From assembly GCF_000300075.1 (NCBI RefSeq), contig NC_018677.1, positions 60,001-92,000 of the forward strand: a stretch of 32,000 nucleotides of DNA, written 5' to 3'. This document shows, one piece after another, positions 1-8,529 of this stretch. Source of the DNA: Candidatus Saccharimonadota bacterium. GTDB lineage: Bacteria; Pseudomonadota; Gammaproteobacteria; Johnevansiales; Johnevansiaceae. Every line of letters starts with the position of its first letter. Position 1 is the stretch's first letter. The notes beneath the pieces were generated by a model. It did not search any database, had not been told where the DNA came from, and saw nothing but the letters and a program-made list of their open reading frames with translations. The translations under genes were made by a program, and so were the position numbers.

Positions 1-1147
1 TATTTTTAAACAAAACATCAATTATATATTATTAGTTTAATATATTTTTTTTTGAATTTGATTTGGATTACATAAAGATTTTAACTTGAATAATATCTAC
101 TAAACTTAAAACTTACTAAACAACAAGTTTTTTATAGACACAACTATTCAAACACTCCATATCTGTTCTATCTTTTCTATTTTTCACATCTAATTTATTT
201 TTACACAGGAAAATAATAGGCATTTATACTTGTGTACATGTGTTTTTTTTTATCGGTATCGTTAATACGTAATATATGTTTTTAGATATACGTTTAAAAT
301 AAGTATTTTATATTTTCTTCAAATAACTAATACTAAATATTTTGTTTTTATACAATTAATGTTTTTTTACAAACATATTAATACCTTTTTGTTCAATTTA
401 TCATTACAAATTCTATTAAATAACAACAAAACCTTATTTTACTTGTATACCGTATGACATATATATTTTTCAAACTATACAATACAAAATACAACTCTTA
501 TAGTTAGTTAAGTATTAAACAAACAAGTTTAAGCATTTATAATTTTAACAACAAAATTAACTTAACCAATAAATTTAAAAGAAACAACTACTATAAACAA
601 ACACATTAATCTACTATTTAAACATTACATCCACTACTAACAATTTAACCCTTAACCCTTTTCTACATCTACATTCATTAAACCTACAGCATATTTTACA
701 TAGTATATACAACCTTCTATATATTAGTAAACTTTACAAGTCTATACAAAAAAGAATAGTTACTATACAGCATACAACTTTAAGCAATAAACAACATACA
801 GCAGAACCCAATAAATCCATTAACCATACTAATAAAAAAACTGTAATACAAAAGCTAAACAAAAATATCATCTAAAACCATAATAACAAACAAAAAAAAA
901 TACAACACATAACATAGAAAAAGTAGAAAAAAAAAACAACAAAATAGCATATAGACAAAAAAAAAGAACAGTAAACAGCAAAGAAAAAGAGAAAAATTAT
1001 ACAATACAGAAAAAGATGGTTATATAGTAAAGAAAAAACCATAAAAACACAGAAAGCTAACCATCAAAACTAAACAAAAGACTACGTAGATAAATAGAAA
1101 TATATATAAAAAGTATAAAAAAAATAAGAATATAAGTAAAATTAGAT
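1..1147. other. Long non-coding block, A/C-rich and G-poor on the + strand (strongest about 420-960), with a purine/A-rich tail about 960-1140
   Basis: No ORF of 60 aa or more on either strand in the supplied track. Hand count of 541-780 gives C=49, G=8 in 240 nt. Low-complexity motifs recur (catctaaa, aaacaac, aaccctt x2 at 647-660). Confidence 0.8.
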
Positions 1148-1950
1148 ATGGGGACCACAGCATCAGGAAAAAAAGTTAGCTATAACTTTAAAAGAATATA
1201 AAATTGTGAGTTAATTAGTGTAGATTCAGCTATGGTTAATAGAAAGATGGATATCGGAACAGCAAAACAAAAATATAGATATCATGAATTAATATATATA
1301 AAAATAATAATGAAAAATATTTAGATTTGGATTTTCGTAAAGAAGCAATAAAAACAATTAGTAAGTTAGGAAAGATTCATATTTTAGTTTGTGGTACAAT
1401 GTTTAATTTAAAAACTTTATTAGAAGGAATAGCAACAATAACTTTTTACAATATTAAATTAAGCAATAAGTATTGTTTATTATTTAATAATAAATTATTT
1501 CATAAAACTGTATTAAAATTATATAATAAAGACATTTATCGAATAAAACGATTATTAGAAGTATATTTAAATACTGATTAATTAATATTGGAAAAACAAT
1601 AATAAAAATTTAAATGAAATGTAATAAAAATTATTATTAAACACAATAACAAGGAAAACTTATATAAAACCGTGTTAATACGTTTAAATATTATTTTTGA
1701 AAAAGCTTTCATCACACAAGTATAAATGTTAACGTTTATGAAAAATATGTATTTAGAATTACCTGAAAATCGAAGTATAGGTTATCGGAAAATTGGTGAC
1801 TTTGTTGATGAAAAATATAATTATTTTATTTTAAAAGATAAGATTTAATCAGCTAATAGAAACTTAGCAAAAAAAAAATTATGGTTACAAAAATATAAAG
1901 ATGCTTTTTTGTTAGATGCTTATAAACATAAAAATAGAAATAGAGATTAG
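1148..1950 (+). pseudogene. miaA: tRNA dimethylallyltransferase (MiaA) pseudogene
   Basis: Translated pieces align colinearly with MiaA. MGTTASGKK (degenerate P-loop GPTASGKT) at 1148, ELISVDSAMVNRKMDIGTAKQ at 1208-1270, LDFRKEAIKTISKLGKIHILVCGTMFNLKTLLEGI at 1327-1431 (this is the 84-aa track ORF), RIKRLLEVY, RSIGYRKIGDFVD at 1771-1809, NLAKKKLWLQKY about 1860-1895. Broken by in-frame stops at 1199-1201, 1322-1324, 1579-1581 and 1846-1848, plus a frame change near 1320. Confidence 0.8.
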
Positions 1951-2022
1951 GTTGTATAATTAGTTGAAATAAATATTACAGAAGAATGGAAAAAAAAATA
2001 TATTATATAGTATTATAAATGT

Positions 2023-3198
2023 ATGAAAAATTATGAAAAAAATTTATTACCTGATGGTATAAAGGAAATATTACCCCCACAATCTATAAATATAGAGAAT
2101 TTAAGAAAAAAATTATTAAATTTATATTATAAATATGGTTATAACTTAATTATACCTCCCCATATAGAGTTTTTAGAAACATTATTGAATGTTGTAGGAT
2201 ATGATTTAGAACTACAAACAGTTAAGTTAATTGATATGTTAAGTGGTAAATTAATTGGTTTAAGTGCAGATTCAACACCTCAAATTGCTAGGATAGATTC
2301 TAATGTATTAAAAAACAAAGGACCGTACAGGGTGTGTTATTGCACAAATGTGTTTCGTGCTTTTCTTGATGAAGATCAGAATGATTTAGAAAGAACGCCT
2401 ATACAAGTAGGAATAGAATTGCTAGGATATAAAGGTTTAGAAGCAGATATTGAAATAATAATTCTTACTATAAAAAGTTTAATAGTATCTGGCGCAAAAC
2501 ATATAAATTTATCAGTTGGACATATTGGCATATATAAAGTATTAGTAAAAAAATCTAAAATAAAAAAAAAATATTTAAAACAGTTGTTTGAAGCCATAGA
2601 CAATAAATCATATACTGATGTAGATCTTTTAATAGATAAAATAAACGTTGATTTTAAAGTAAGGAAAATATTTAAACTGCTACCTAAATTACATGGTGAT
2701 TTTAAGATTATACAAAAAGCATATAAAACAATATCGTATATTAAAGAAATAAAAGTACTGTTAGATGAATTAAAAGAAATCTATAAGCTTATAAATAAAA
2801 AAGTAAAAAATATCTCTATATATTTTGATTTATCAGATTTAAAAGGTTATCAATATCATAATGGTTTTATATTTACAGCTTATGTGTCTGGTGTCGTAAA
2901 ACCATTAGCAAAAGGAGGTAGATATGATATTGGTCAAAAATATGGAAAGCAAAGCCCAGCCACAGGGTGTACTTTTGATTTAAATTTACTTATATCCTTA
3001 CATGAGAAACAAGAAAATATAAAAGAAGGAATATTAGCACCTTTTTTAGAAGATAAAAAATTAGAAAAAAAAATAAATGAGTTAAGATTTTATGGAGAAC
3101 AAGTTATACACGAATTACCAGGAGTTTGTACGAAGGAAAATAATTGTAACAGAAAGTTATGTTTAATAAAAAAAGAATGGCAAATAAGATGTTTATAA
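2023..3198 (+). CDS. hisZ: ATP phosphoribosyltransferase regulatory subunit (HisS paralogue)
   Basis: 391-aa intact ORF. LPDGIKEILPPQS...YGYNLIIPPHIEFLETLL...LSADSTPQIARID...GGRYD matches the class-II aaRS-like HisZ core without an anticodon-binding domain. Lies at the ancestral position between the hflC side and purA. Confidence 0.8.
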   Translation: MKNYEKNLLPDGIKEILPPQSINIENLRKKLLNLYYKYGYNLIIPPHIEFLETLLNVVGYDLELQTVKLIDMLSGKLIGLSADSTPQIARIDSNVLKNKGPYRVCYCTNVFRAFLDEDQNDLERTPIQVGIELLGYKGLEADIEIIILTIKSLIVSGAKHINLSVGHIGIYKVLVKKSKIKKKYLKQLFEAIDNKSYTDVDLLIDKINVDFKVRKIFKLLPKLHGDFKIIQKAYKTISYIKEIKVLLDELKEIYKLINKKVKNISIYFDLSDLKGYQYHNGFIFTAYVSGVVKPLAKGGRYDIGQKYGKQSPATGCTFDLNLLISLHEKQENIKEGILAPFLEDKKLEKKINELRFYGEQVIHELPGVCTKENNCNRKLCLIKKEWQIRCL

Positions 3199-3865
3199 AC
3201 AAAATAAAGATTATGTTGAGACAAGAATATAGTTTTAAATACTATTAATACAATTTGTGATGAATGTAAAGCAAAAGTAGTAGATTATGTAACTTATTTA
3301 TCCATAAATACAGTCGTTCGATAAAATTGTGGTCATACACTAGTTAGAAAAATAAAATTAATACCATAAGTTAGTTTAAGATCGAAGGAAATTTGTATAA
3401 TAAGCAAAGGAGTCGTTAGTTCATAAAATAATTTGTTGAAGTAAATAGACATTATAAAACTTAATAAAAGATTTATTATTTCATAATAATGTTTAAAAAA
3501 AATTGACTAACATGTACTGTTAGATATAGCAATAGAAATTTATTTAAATCAACAAAAATCGGCACTACTAAGTGTGTAATTTTCCCAGTATACGAAGACA
3601 TACTAGCTATAAGATTTATTAAAATTAGTGATATCTTATTTAAGGAACAGTTTTATTTTAAAGATACAATAAGTTAAATTTTTAGTTTTGTATTGAAAAT
3701 TCTTTTATAAATAAACAATTTACATTAAAATCAAGTCTTTGAGCACACAATTGTTTTACTAAAAAGTTTACGTAAGTTCTTTTAAAAAAAATATAATAAA
3801 TGTTAAAAAAAAATTTTTTGTCAAAGGTATTTTGTTAGGAGCACAATTTAAAAATTAGATATAGA

Positions 3866-3955
3866 CTTATCCCTATGTTACGAGCTCAACTACTATTTAT
3901 TTGTGGTCTTATCCCTATGTTACGAGCTCAACCACTATTTATTTGTGGTCTTATC
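3866..3955 (+). repeat. 42-bp tandem repeat, 2.1 copies, one mismatch
   Basis: cttatccctatgttacgagctcaac[t/c]actatttatttgtggt at 3866-3907 and 3908-3949, then a partial third copy cttatc at 3950-3955. Lies inside the purA pseudogene. Confidence 0.95.
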
Positions 3956-4200
3956 AATTGTACTTGTGGTTTTTATAACTTAACAATACAACTAATTGTC
4001 TTTAAAAAAAGAAAATAGGTATATATTTATTTATTAAAGCAAACGAACAAGGTAAAAACACTGGTATTTAAAAGAAGCTGTTTATTGTTTAGTAAGTAAA
4101 GTTTGTTATATATTAATAATAATAAAATATATGCTTAAGTAAGTTATAGGTTTTAGAACTTAAAAAAAAGATTAAAGCATATGTCTTGATTTAAAAAATT

Positions 4201-4252
4201 AGTATAAATACAACAGTCTTAAAAACAGTATAAATACAACAGTCTTAAAAAC
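4201..4252 (+). repeat. 26-bp perfect tandem repeat, 2 copies
   Basis: agtataaatacaacagtcttaaaaac at 4201-4226 and 4227-4252, identical. Lies inside the purA pseudogene. Confidence 0.95.
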
Positions 4253-4435
4253 GTGAAAGGTTTGAGGCAACCCAATAACGGTACTGTGAATTAGCTTAGA
4301 AAACATTACCAAAATAATCAAAAGTTAATATTAGGTTTCTATAGAAAAAACAAAATATTTAACTCGTGATTAGATCGCCATGATAAAATATTAAGGATAC
4401 TATCATATTAAAATTTACTTTAAGAGAAACAATAG

Positions 4436-5860
4436 GTGAGAAATACAGATAAAACTTTAGTAAAATTGTTTGATAAAAAAGACTATAAATATGGTTTTAA
4501 AATAAACATCGCTAGTAACGTACAGTTACCAGGTTTAAATAAAAAAATAATACGTAATTTATCGAAACAGAAAAAAGAACCAAAATGGATGTTAAAATGG
4601 CGATTAGAAGCTTATTTAAAATGGTTAAAGATGAAACCACCCTTTTGGGCTATATTTAAAACACCAGAAATAAATTATAAAGAAATGTCTTTTTATAGCT
4701 CGCCCCAAAAAAAATATTTAGATAAAAAGTTATTACATGTTTACAAAAAATTAGGTGTGAATTTGTATGATAAAAAAAAACAAACAATAGCTATAGATGC
4801 GGTTTTAGATTCAGTGTCAATCGCAACTACATATAAAAAAAAATTATATAAATTAGGAATTATTTTTTGCTCTATTTCAGAAGCAATAATGAAATATTGT
4901 GATCTAATACAACTATACTTAGGGTCAGTTGTACCGAATGATGATAATTATTTTGCTTCATTAAATTCTGCAGTATTTACAGATGGATCTTTTGTGTTTT
5001 TACCAGAAGGAAAAAAAAGCCCTATAGAATTATCAACTTATTTTCGTTTGAACTCTGAAAAATTAGGACAATTTGAAAGAACTTTAATAATATGTGAGAA
5101 AAGAGCAGAAGTTTCTTATTTAGAAGGTTGCACAGCAACTATATACGATTCGAATCAATTGCATGCTGCTGTCGTTGAATTAATAGCTTTTGAAGAGAGT
5201 TATATAAAATATTCTACAGTACAAAATTGGTATCCAGGTAATAAATTTGGCAAAGGAGGCATTTATAATTTTGTAACCAAACGTGGTTTATGTAAAGGAA
5301 TAAAATCAAAAATCAGTTGGATTCAATTAGAAACAGGCTCAGCAATAACATGGAAATATCCTTCGTGTATCCTGTTAGGTGATTTTTCGAAAGGTGAATT
5401 TTATTCAATGGCCATAACAAATAATAAACAAAAAGCTGATACGGGAACTAAAATGATTCATATAGGGAGCAATACAAAATCTACAATAATTGCTAAGGGT
5501 GTTGCTATTGGTAAGTCTAAACAAGCTTATAGAGGTTTAGTTAAAATTAGCAAACACGCCAGTAACTCAAGCAATTTTACTCAATGTGATTCATTAATAA
5601 TAGGCAAAACAAGTACTATTTACACAATACCTTATCAAGCTATAAAGAACGATACGGCAATAGTAGAACATGAAGCTACTGCATATAAAATAAATAAAGA
5701 AAAAATGTTTTATTTAATGCAACGTGGTATAAATAAAGAAAATACTATAAATATGATAGTAAATGGCTTTTGTAAAGATATTTTTCAAAAATTGCCAATG
5801 GAGTTTGCAGTTGAAGCGTCTGCTTTGTTAGAAATTACATTAGAAGGGTCGTTAGGTTAA
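4436..5860 (+). CDS. sufB: Fe-S cluster assembly scaffold protein SufB
   Basis: 474 aa with a GTG start. MRNTDK... parallels E. coli MSRNTE. Full-length similarity includes KEPKWMLKWRLEAY, FERTLII, YLEGCTA, QLHAAVVELI, YSTVQNWYPG, SAITWKYPSCIL, ADTGTKMIHIG, NGFCKDIF. Confidence 0.97.
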   Translation: MRNTDKTLVKLFDKKDYKYGFKINIASNVQLPGLNKKIIRNLSKQKKEPKWMLKWRLEAYLKWLKMKPPFWAIFKTPEINYKEMSFYSSPQKKYLDKKLLHVYKKLGVNLYDKKKQTIAIDAVLDSVSIATTYKKKLYKLGIIFCSISEAIMKYCDLIQLYLGSVVPNDDNYFASLNSAVFTDGSFVFLPEGKKSPIELSTYFRLNSEKLGQFERTLIICEKRAEVSYLEGCTATIYDSNQLHAAVVELIAFEESYIKYSTVQNWYPGNKFGKGGIYNFVTKRGLCKGIKSKISWIQLETGSAITWKYPSCILLGDFSKGEFYSMAITNNKQKADTGTKMIHIGSNTKSTIIAKGVAIGKSKQAYRGLVKISKHASNSSNFTQCDSLIIGKTSTIYTIPYQAIKNDTAIVEHEATAYKINKEKMFYLMQRGINKENTINMIVNGFCKDIFQKLPMEFAVEASALLEITLEGSLG

Positions 5861-7791
5861 ACTTTTTTATGCTTTAGTGTTTACTTGTTTTATTTTATGC
5901 GTTATCTGTTATCTTTTTTGTTGCTTTTTTACTCTTTTTGTTATGTTGTTTAGCTTATATCTGTTTAATGTCATTTAAAACATTTGTGTTATGTTTGTTT
6001 AATGTTGTGTAAGTGGTTTAGCTGATAAATGTTGTTTATAATAAAGAAATTATGCGTTTAGTATTGAATTTATTTTTGGTAAATTGTTTTGCTTGAATGC
6101 TAATGTATAAAAAAAAAGATGTTGTAGTAAATTTATAGTTAATTAGTTAGTAAGGATTAAAATGTTAAGCAGTTAGGTTTGTTATTGGTTTTGTGTTTGC
6201 TTAATGTTAAAGCAGTTAGGTTTGTTTTTGCTGTTTATGTTAAAGAAGGTATGAAAGTTGTATCGTTTAGAAAATAGATAAACTAAAAGCTTGGTGTTAA
6301 ATTACTTATTTTATGTTAAAGGTTAAGTTTTGGATAAAACTGTTGTGTGTGATAGGTAAACTAAAAGCTTTTATGAAAATATATTATGCTTAAAGAATAG
6401 GTTGTTGCTTGTTTGTTTAAGGGTAGGTGTAGAAACAGTAAAGGTGTTGTATTTTGTATAAAAATAGAAAAGAGTAAAAGTATAAAGGGGTAAAGGTTAG
6501 TGGAGTGGTTAAATGTTAAGTAGTTAGATTGTAGGTCTTTAGGTTTGTTTATTTTTGCTTAAGGTTTGTTTGTTTTGTGAGTGGTGTTAGTGGTTAAATT
6601 AAAGGCTAAATAGTTGGTGGTTTTTTTTTTGCTTGAGATATAGGTTTGTTGGTGTATGGTATGGTTTGTAGTAAAATATAAAGGTTTTGTGATTTGTTTA
6701 TGGCTTTGTATTAAATGTTTTTGCTTAATCTTATATTTTTTTAAATTCTGTATTTATGGTTGTTGTTTTTTATAACTTAAAAAGTTAAACTCAGTTCTCT
6801 TTTTATACCAATGTGTATATAATGTTTTAAGGCTTAATGCTATAGGTTTTAGGTCGTTATGTAGTTGTGGTTTTATTTTTTGTTGACTTTTTTCTTTTTC
6901 TTTATGTTTAGTTTTTTTTATGCTTATTTAAATTCCATTTTTTTCGTTGTATTATTTTACATATAAGTGTATTTGTATCTACGTATTGTATTATAAACTA
7001 TAAAGGTTGTTGTATAAATATATAGTAAAAAAAAAGAAAGAAATGAAAGTAGGTAGATGTTGTATAGCTAAAAAAAAAGATGGTGTTAATAGTTTGTGTT
7101 CGTAAAAGGTTTGTGTTAAGAGGTGTTAGAAGTAGGGTTTGTGTTAATAAAATGTGAGTTTGTATTTAGCTGTATGTGTAAAGTGTGTAAGCTGTAAAAA
7201 TTGTGGATTACGTATTGTAATTTGTAAGCAGCTGTATGCATGGTGTAGTGTGTTTATGGTATATAGTCGGTTCTGTGGATATGGGTTGTAAATTAAAATA
7301 TTGTTGTTTTTTTTTATAGAAAACAAAAGAGCTAATAAGAAATTGATTGTTTTGTATTAACAAAAGAGCTAATAAGAAATTGATTGTTTTATATATATTG
7401 GTGTAGTGTGTGTAAAAAATATTATGTAGAAGTGGTAAGTTAGTTTTGAAAGTTTTGTTATGTATTGTGGTTGGTGTGTTATGTTCAACATATTGTAAAT
7501 AGGTGAGTTATTATATCAGTTGTATTCATATGAAAAAAGTATGGTGTAAAAGTATTAAGTTTATTGACTAATTTATATATTGTATAATTAAAACTAAAAA
7601 GTTTATGGTTAAATTAAAAGCTAGTAGCTCTAAGTTCTTAGTTTAAGGTTTATATTATAAATGCTGTAGGGTAATAGGTTTAAAGTAAACGTTTTAAAAA
7701 TGATGTTGTTAGTAAATTATGTTTGTAAAATAAATATGCTGTATGGTTAGAAAGAAAAGTAATGTAAGTAAATATTAATGGTTATATTAAA
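5861..7791. other. 1.9-kb non-coding G/T-rich, C-depleted block separating sufB from sufC
   Basis: Only one 60-aa minus-strand ORF in the track. Hand count of 6421-6660 gives G=71, C=5 in 240 nt. Made of degenerate dispersed and tandem short repeats (aatgttaa(a)gcagttaggtttgtt, taaactaaaagctt, ggttaaattaaa(g/a)gcta, tgcttaa). Confidence 0.85.
7322..7390 (+). repeat. 32-bp perfect direct repeat with 37-bp period
   Basis: aacaaaagagctaataagaaattgattgtttt at 7322-7353 and 7359-7390, separated by gtatt. Confidence 0.95.
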
Positions 7792-8529
7792 ATGTTAAAA
7801 ATAGAGAATTTAAAGGTTAATATAAAAAAAAATAATATATTACAAAGTATTAACATAAAGATAAAAACAGGTGAATTACATGTAATAATGGGGCCAAATG
7901 GGTCAGGGAAATCAAGTTTAGTATCAACATTGGTTGGAAAAGAAAATTATACAATAAAGAACGGGAAATTGTTTTTTAATGGTATTAATATTTCAGAGCT
8001 AAACATAGAAGAAAGATCTAAAGTTGGAATGTTGTTGAGCTTTCAAAATCCCATTTCTATAGCAGGCGTTAAAAATATATATTTTTTACATACAGCTTTA
8101 AATGAAAAATTAACGTATTTACAAAACGAAACAATAACTGTTTTACAAGTAATAAAAAAAATAAAACAAAAAATGAAATATTTAAAAATAGAAAAAAAAC
8201 TTTTAAATAGAGATGTAAATGAAGCATTTTCAGGTGGGGAGAGAAAAAAAAATGAACTTTTACAAATGTTATTGTTAAAACCAAAAGTCGCTTTACTTGA
8301 TGAAATAGATTCAGGATTAGATATAGATTCAATGAAAGTTGTATCAAATGGAATAAATTTGATTAAATCTAAGAAATGTTCGATTGTTTTAATTACTCAT
8401 TATAAACGTATATTAAATTATATAGAGCCTAATTTTATACATATTTTAGTTGATGGAAAGATTATAAAATCGGGTGATAAAACTTTAGTAAATGAAATAG
8501 ACCTCTTTGGTTATAAAAATTATGTGTGA
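7792..8529 (+). CDS. sufC: Fe-S cluster assembly ATPase SufC
   Basis: 245 aa. Walker A GPNGSGKSS, signature FSGGERKKNE, Walker B LLDEIDSGLDID, THY. Colinear with E. coli SufC. TGA stop. Confidence 0.97.
   Translation: MLKIENLKVNIKKNNILQSINIKIKTGELHVIMGPNGSGKSSLVSTLVGKENYTIKNGKLFFNGINISELNIEERSKVGMLLSFQNPISIAGVKNIYFLHTALNEKLTYLQNETITVLQVIKKIKQKMKYLKIEKKLLNRDVNEAFSGGERKKNELLQMLLLKPKVALLDEIDSGLDIDSMKVVSNGINLIKSKKCSIVLITHYKRILNYIEPNFIHILVDGKIIKSGDKTLVNEIDLFGYKNYV

Larger units (their letters stand above)
3223..4399 (+). pseudogene. purA: Adenylosuccinate synthetase (PurA) pseudogene filling the whole hisZ-sufB spacer
   Basis: Colinear remnants of PurA. KNIVLNTINTICDECKAKVVDYVT (vs [23 protein letters not shown]) from 3223, CGHTLV at 3328-3345, IKLIP*VSLRSKEICIISKGVVSS, IGTTKCVIFPVYEDILAIRFIKISDILFKEQ from 3558 (vs [30 protein letters not shown]), LGAQF...TYPYVTSSTT from 3865 (vs EGAQG...GTYPYVTSSNTT), IFNS*LDRHDKILR from 4355 (vs IISTGPDRTETMILR). 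The segments lie in three different frames with many in-frame stops. The track has no ORF of 60 aa or more here. Confidence 0.85.

Noticed and set aside
647-660. aaccctt aaccctt heptamer pair that looks telomere-like
   Set aside because: There are only two copies, and the motif is not the canonical CCCTAA. It fits the general heptamer-slippage pattern of the skewed blocks.
1327-1581. 84-aa ORF in the track that could be called a small hypothetical protein
   Set aside because: Its translation (LDFRKEA...ILVCGTMFNLKTLLEGI...RIKRLLEVY) is the middle of MiaA. Flanking DNA carries the rest of miaA in other frames with stops. It is a pseudogene fragment, not a stand-alone gene.
3866-4252. Direct repeats of 42 bp and 26 bp that might suggest a CRISPR array
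   Set aside because: The copies are directly adjacent with no spacers. There are only about 2 copies of each, no cas genes, and both lie inside a recognisable purA pseudogene. They are simple tandem duplications.
7202-7282. Two DnaA-box-like 9-mers in the same orientation (tgtggatta at 7202-7210, tgtggatat at 7274-7282), possibly an origin
   Set aside because: Each matches the relaxed box at only 8 of 9 positions. tgtgg-type words are expected by chance in a G/T-rich block. There is no cluster of boxes and no adjacent AT-rich 13-mer array distinguishable from background.
7144-7326. 60-aa minus-strand ORF inside the G/T-rich block
   Set aside because: It sits at the threshold length in a compositionally extreme region. 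The C/A-rich reverse strand is poor in the T and G that stop codons need. It has no start context, no motif, and runs into the 32-bp repeat.
7564-7588. TTGACT ... TATAAT pair about 205 bp upstream of sufC, as a possible new sufC promoter
   Set aside because: The spacer between the hexamers is only 13 nt, against the 16-18 nt required. TATAAT alone is common in this AT-rich DNA. It remains only a weak lead for 5'-end mapping.
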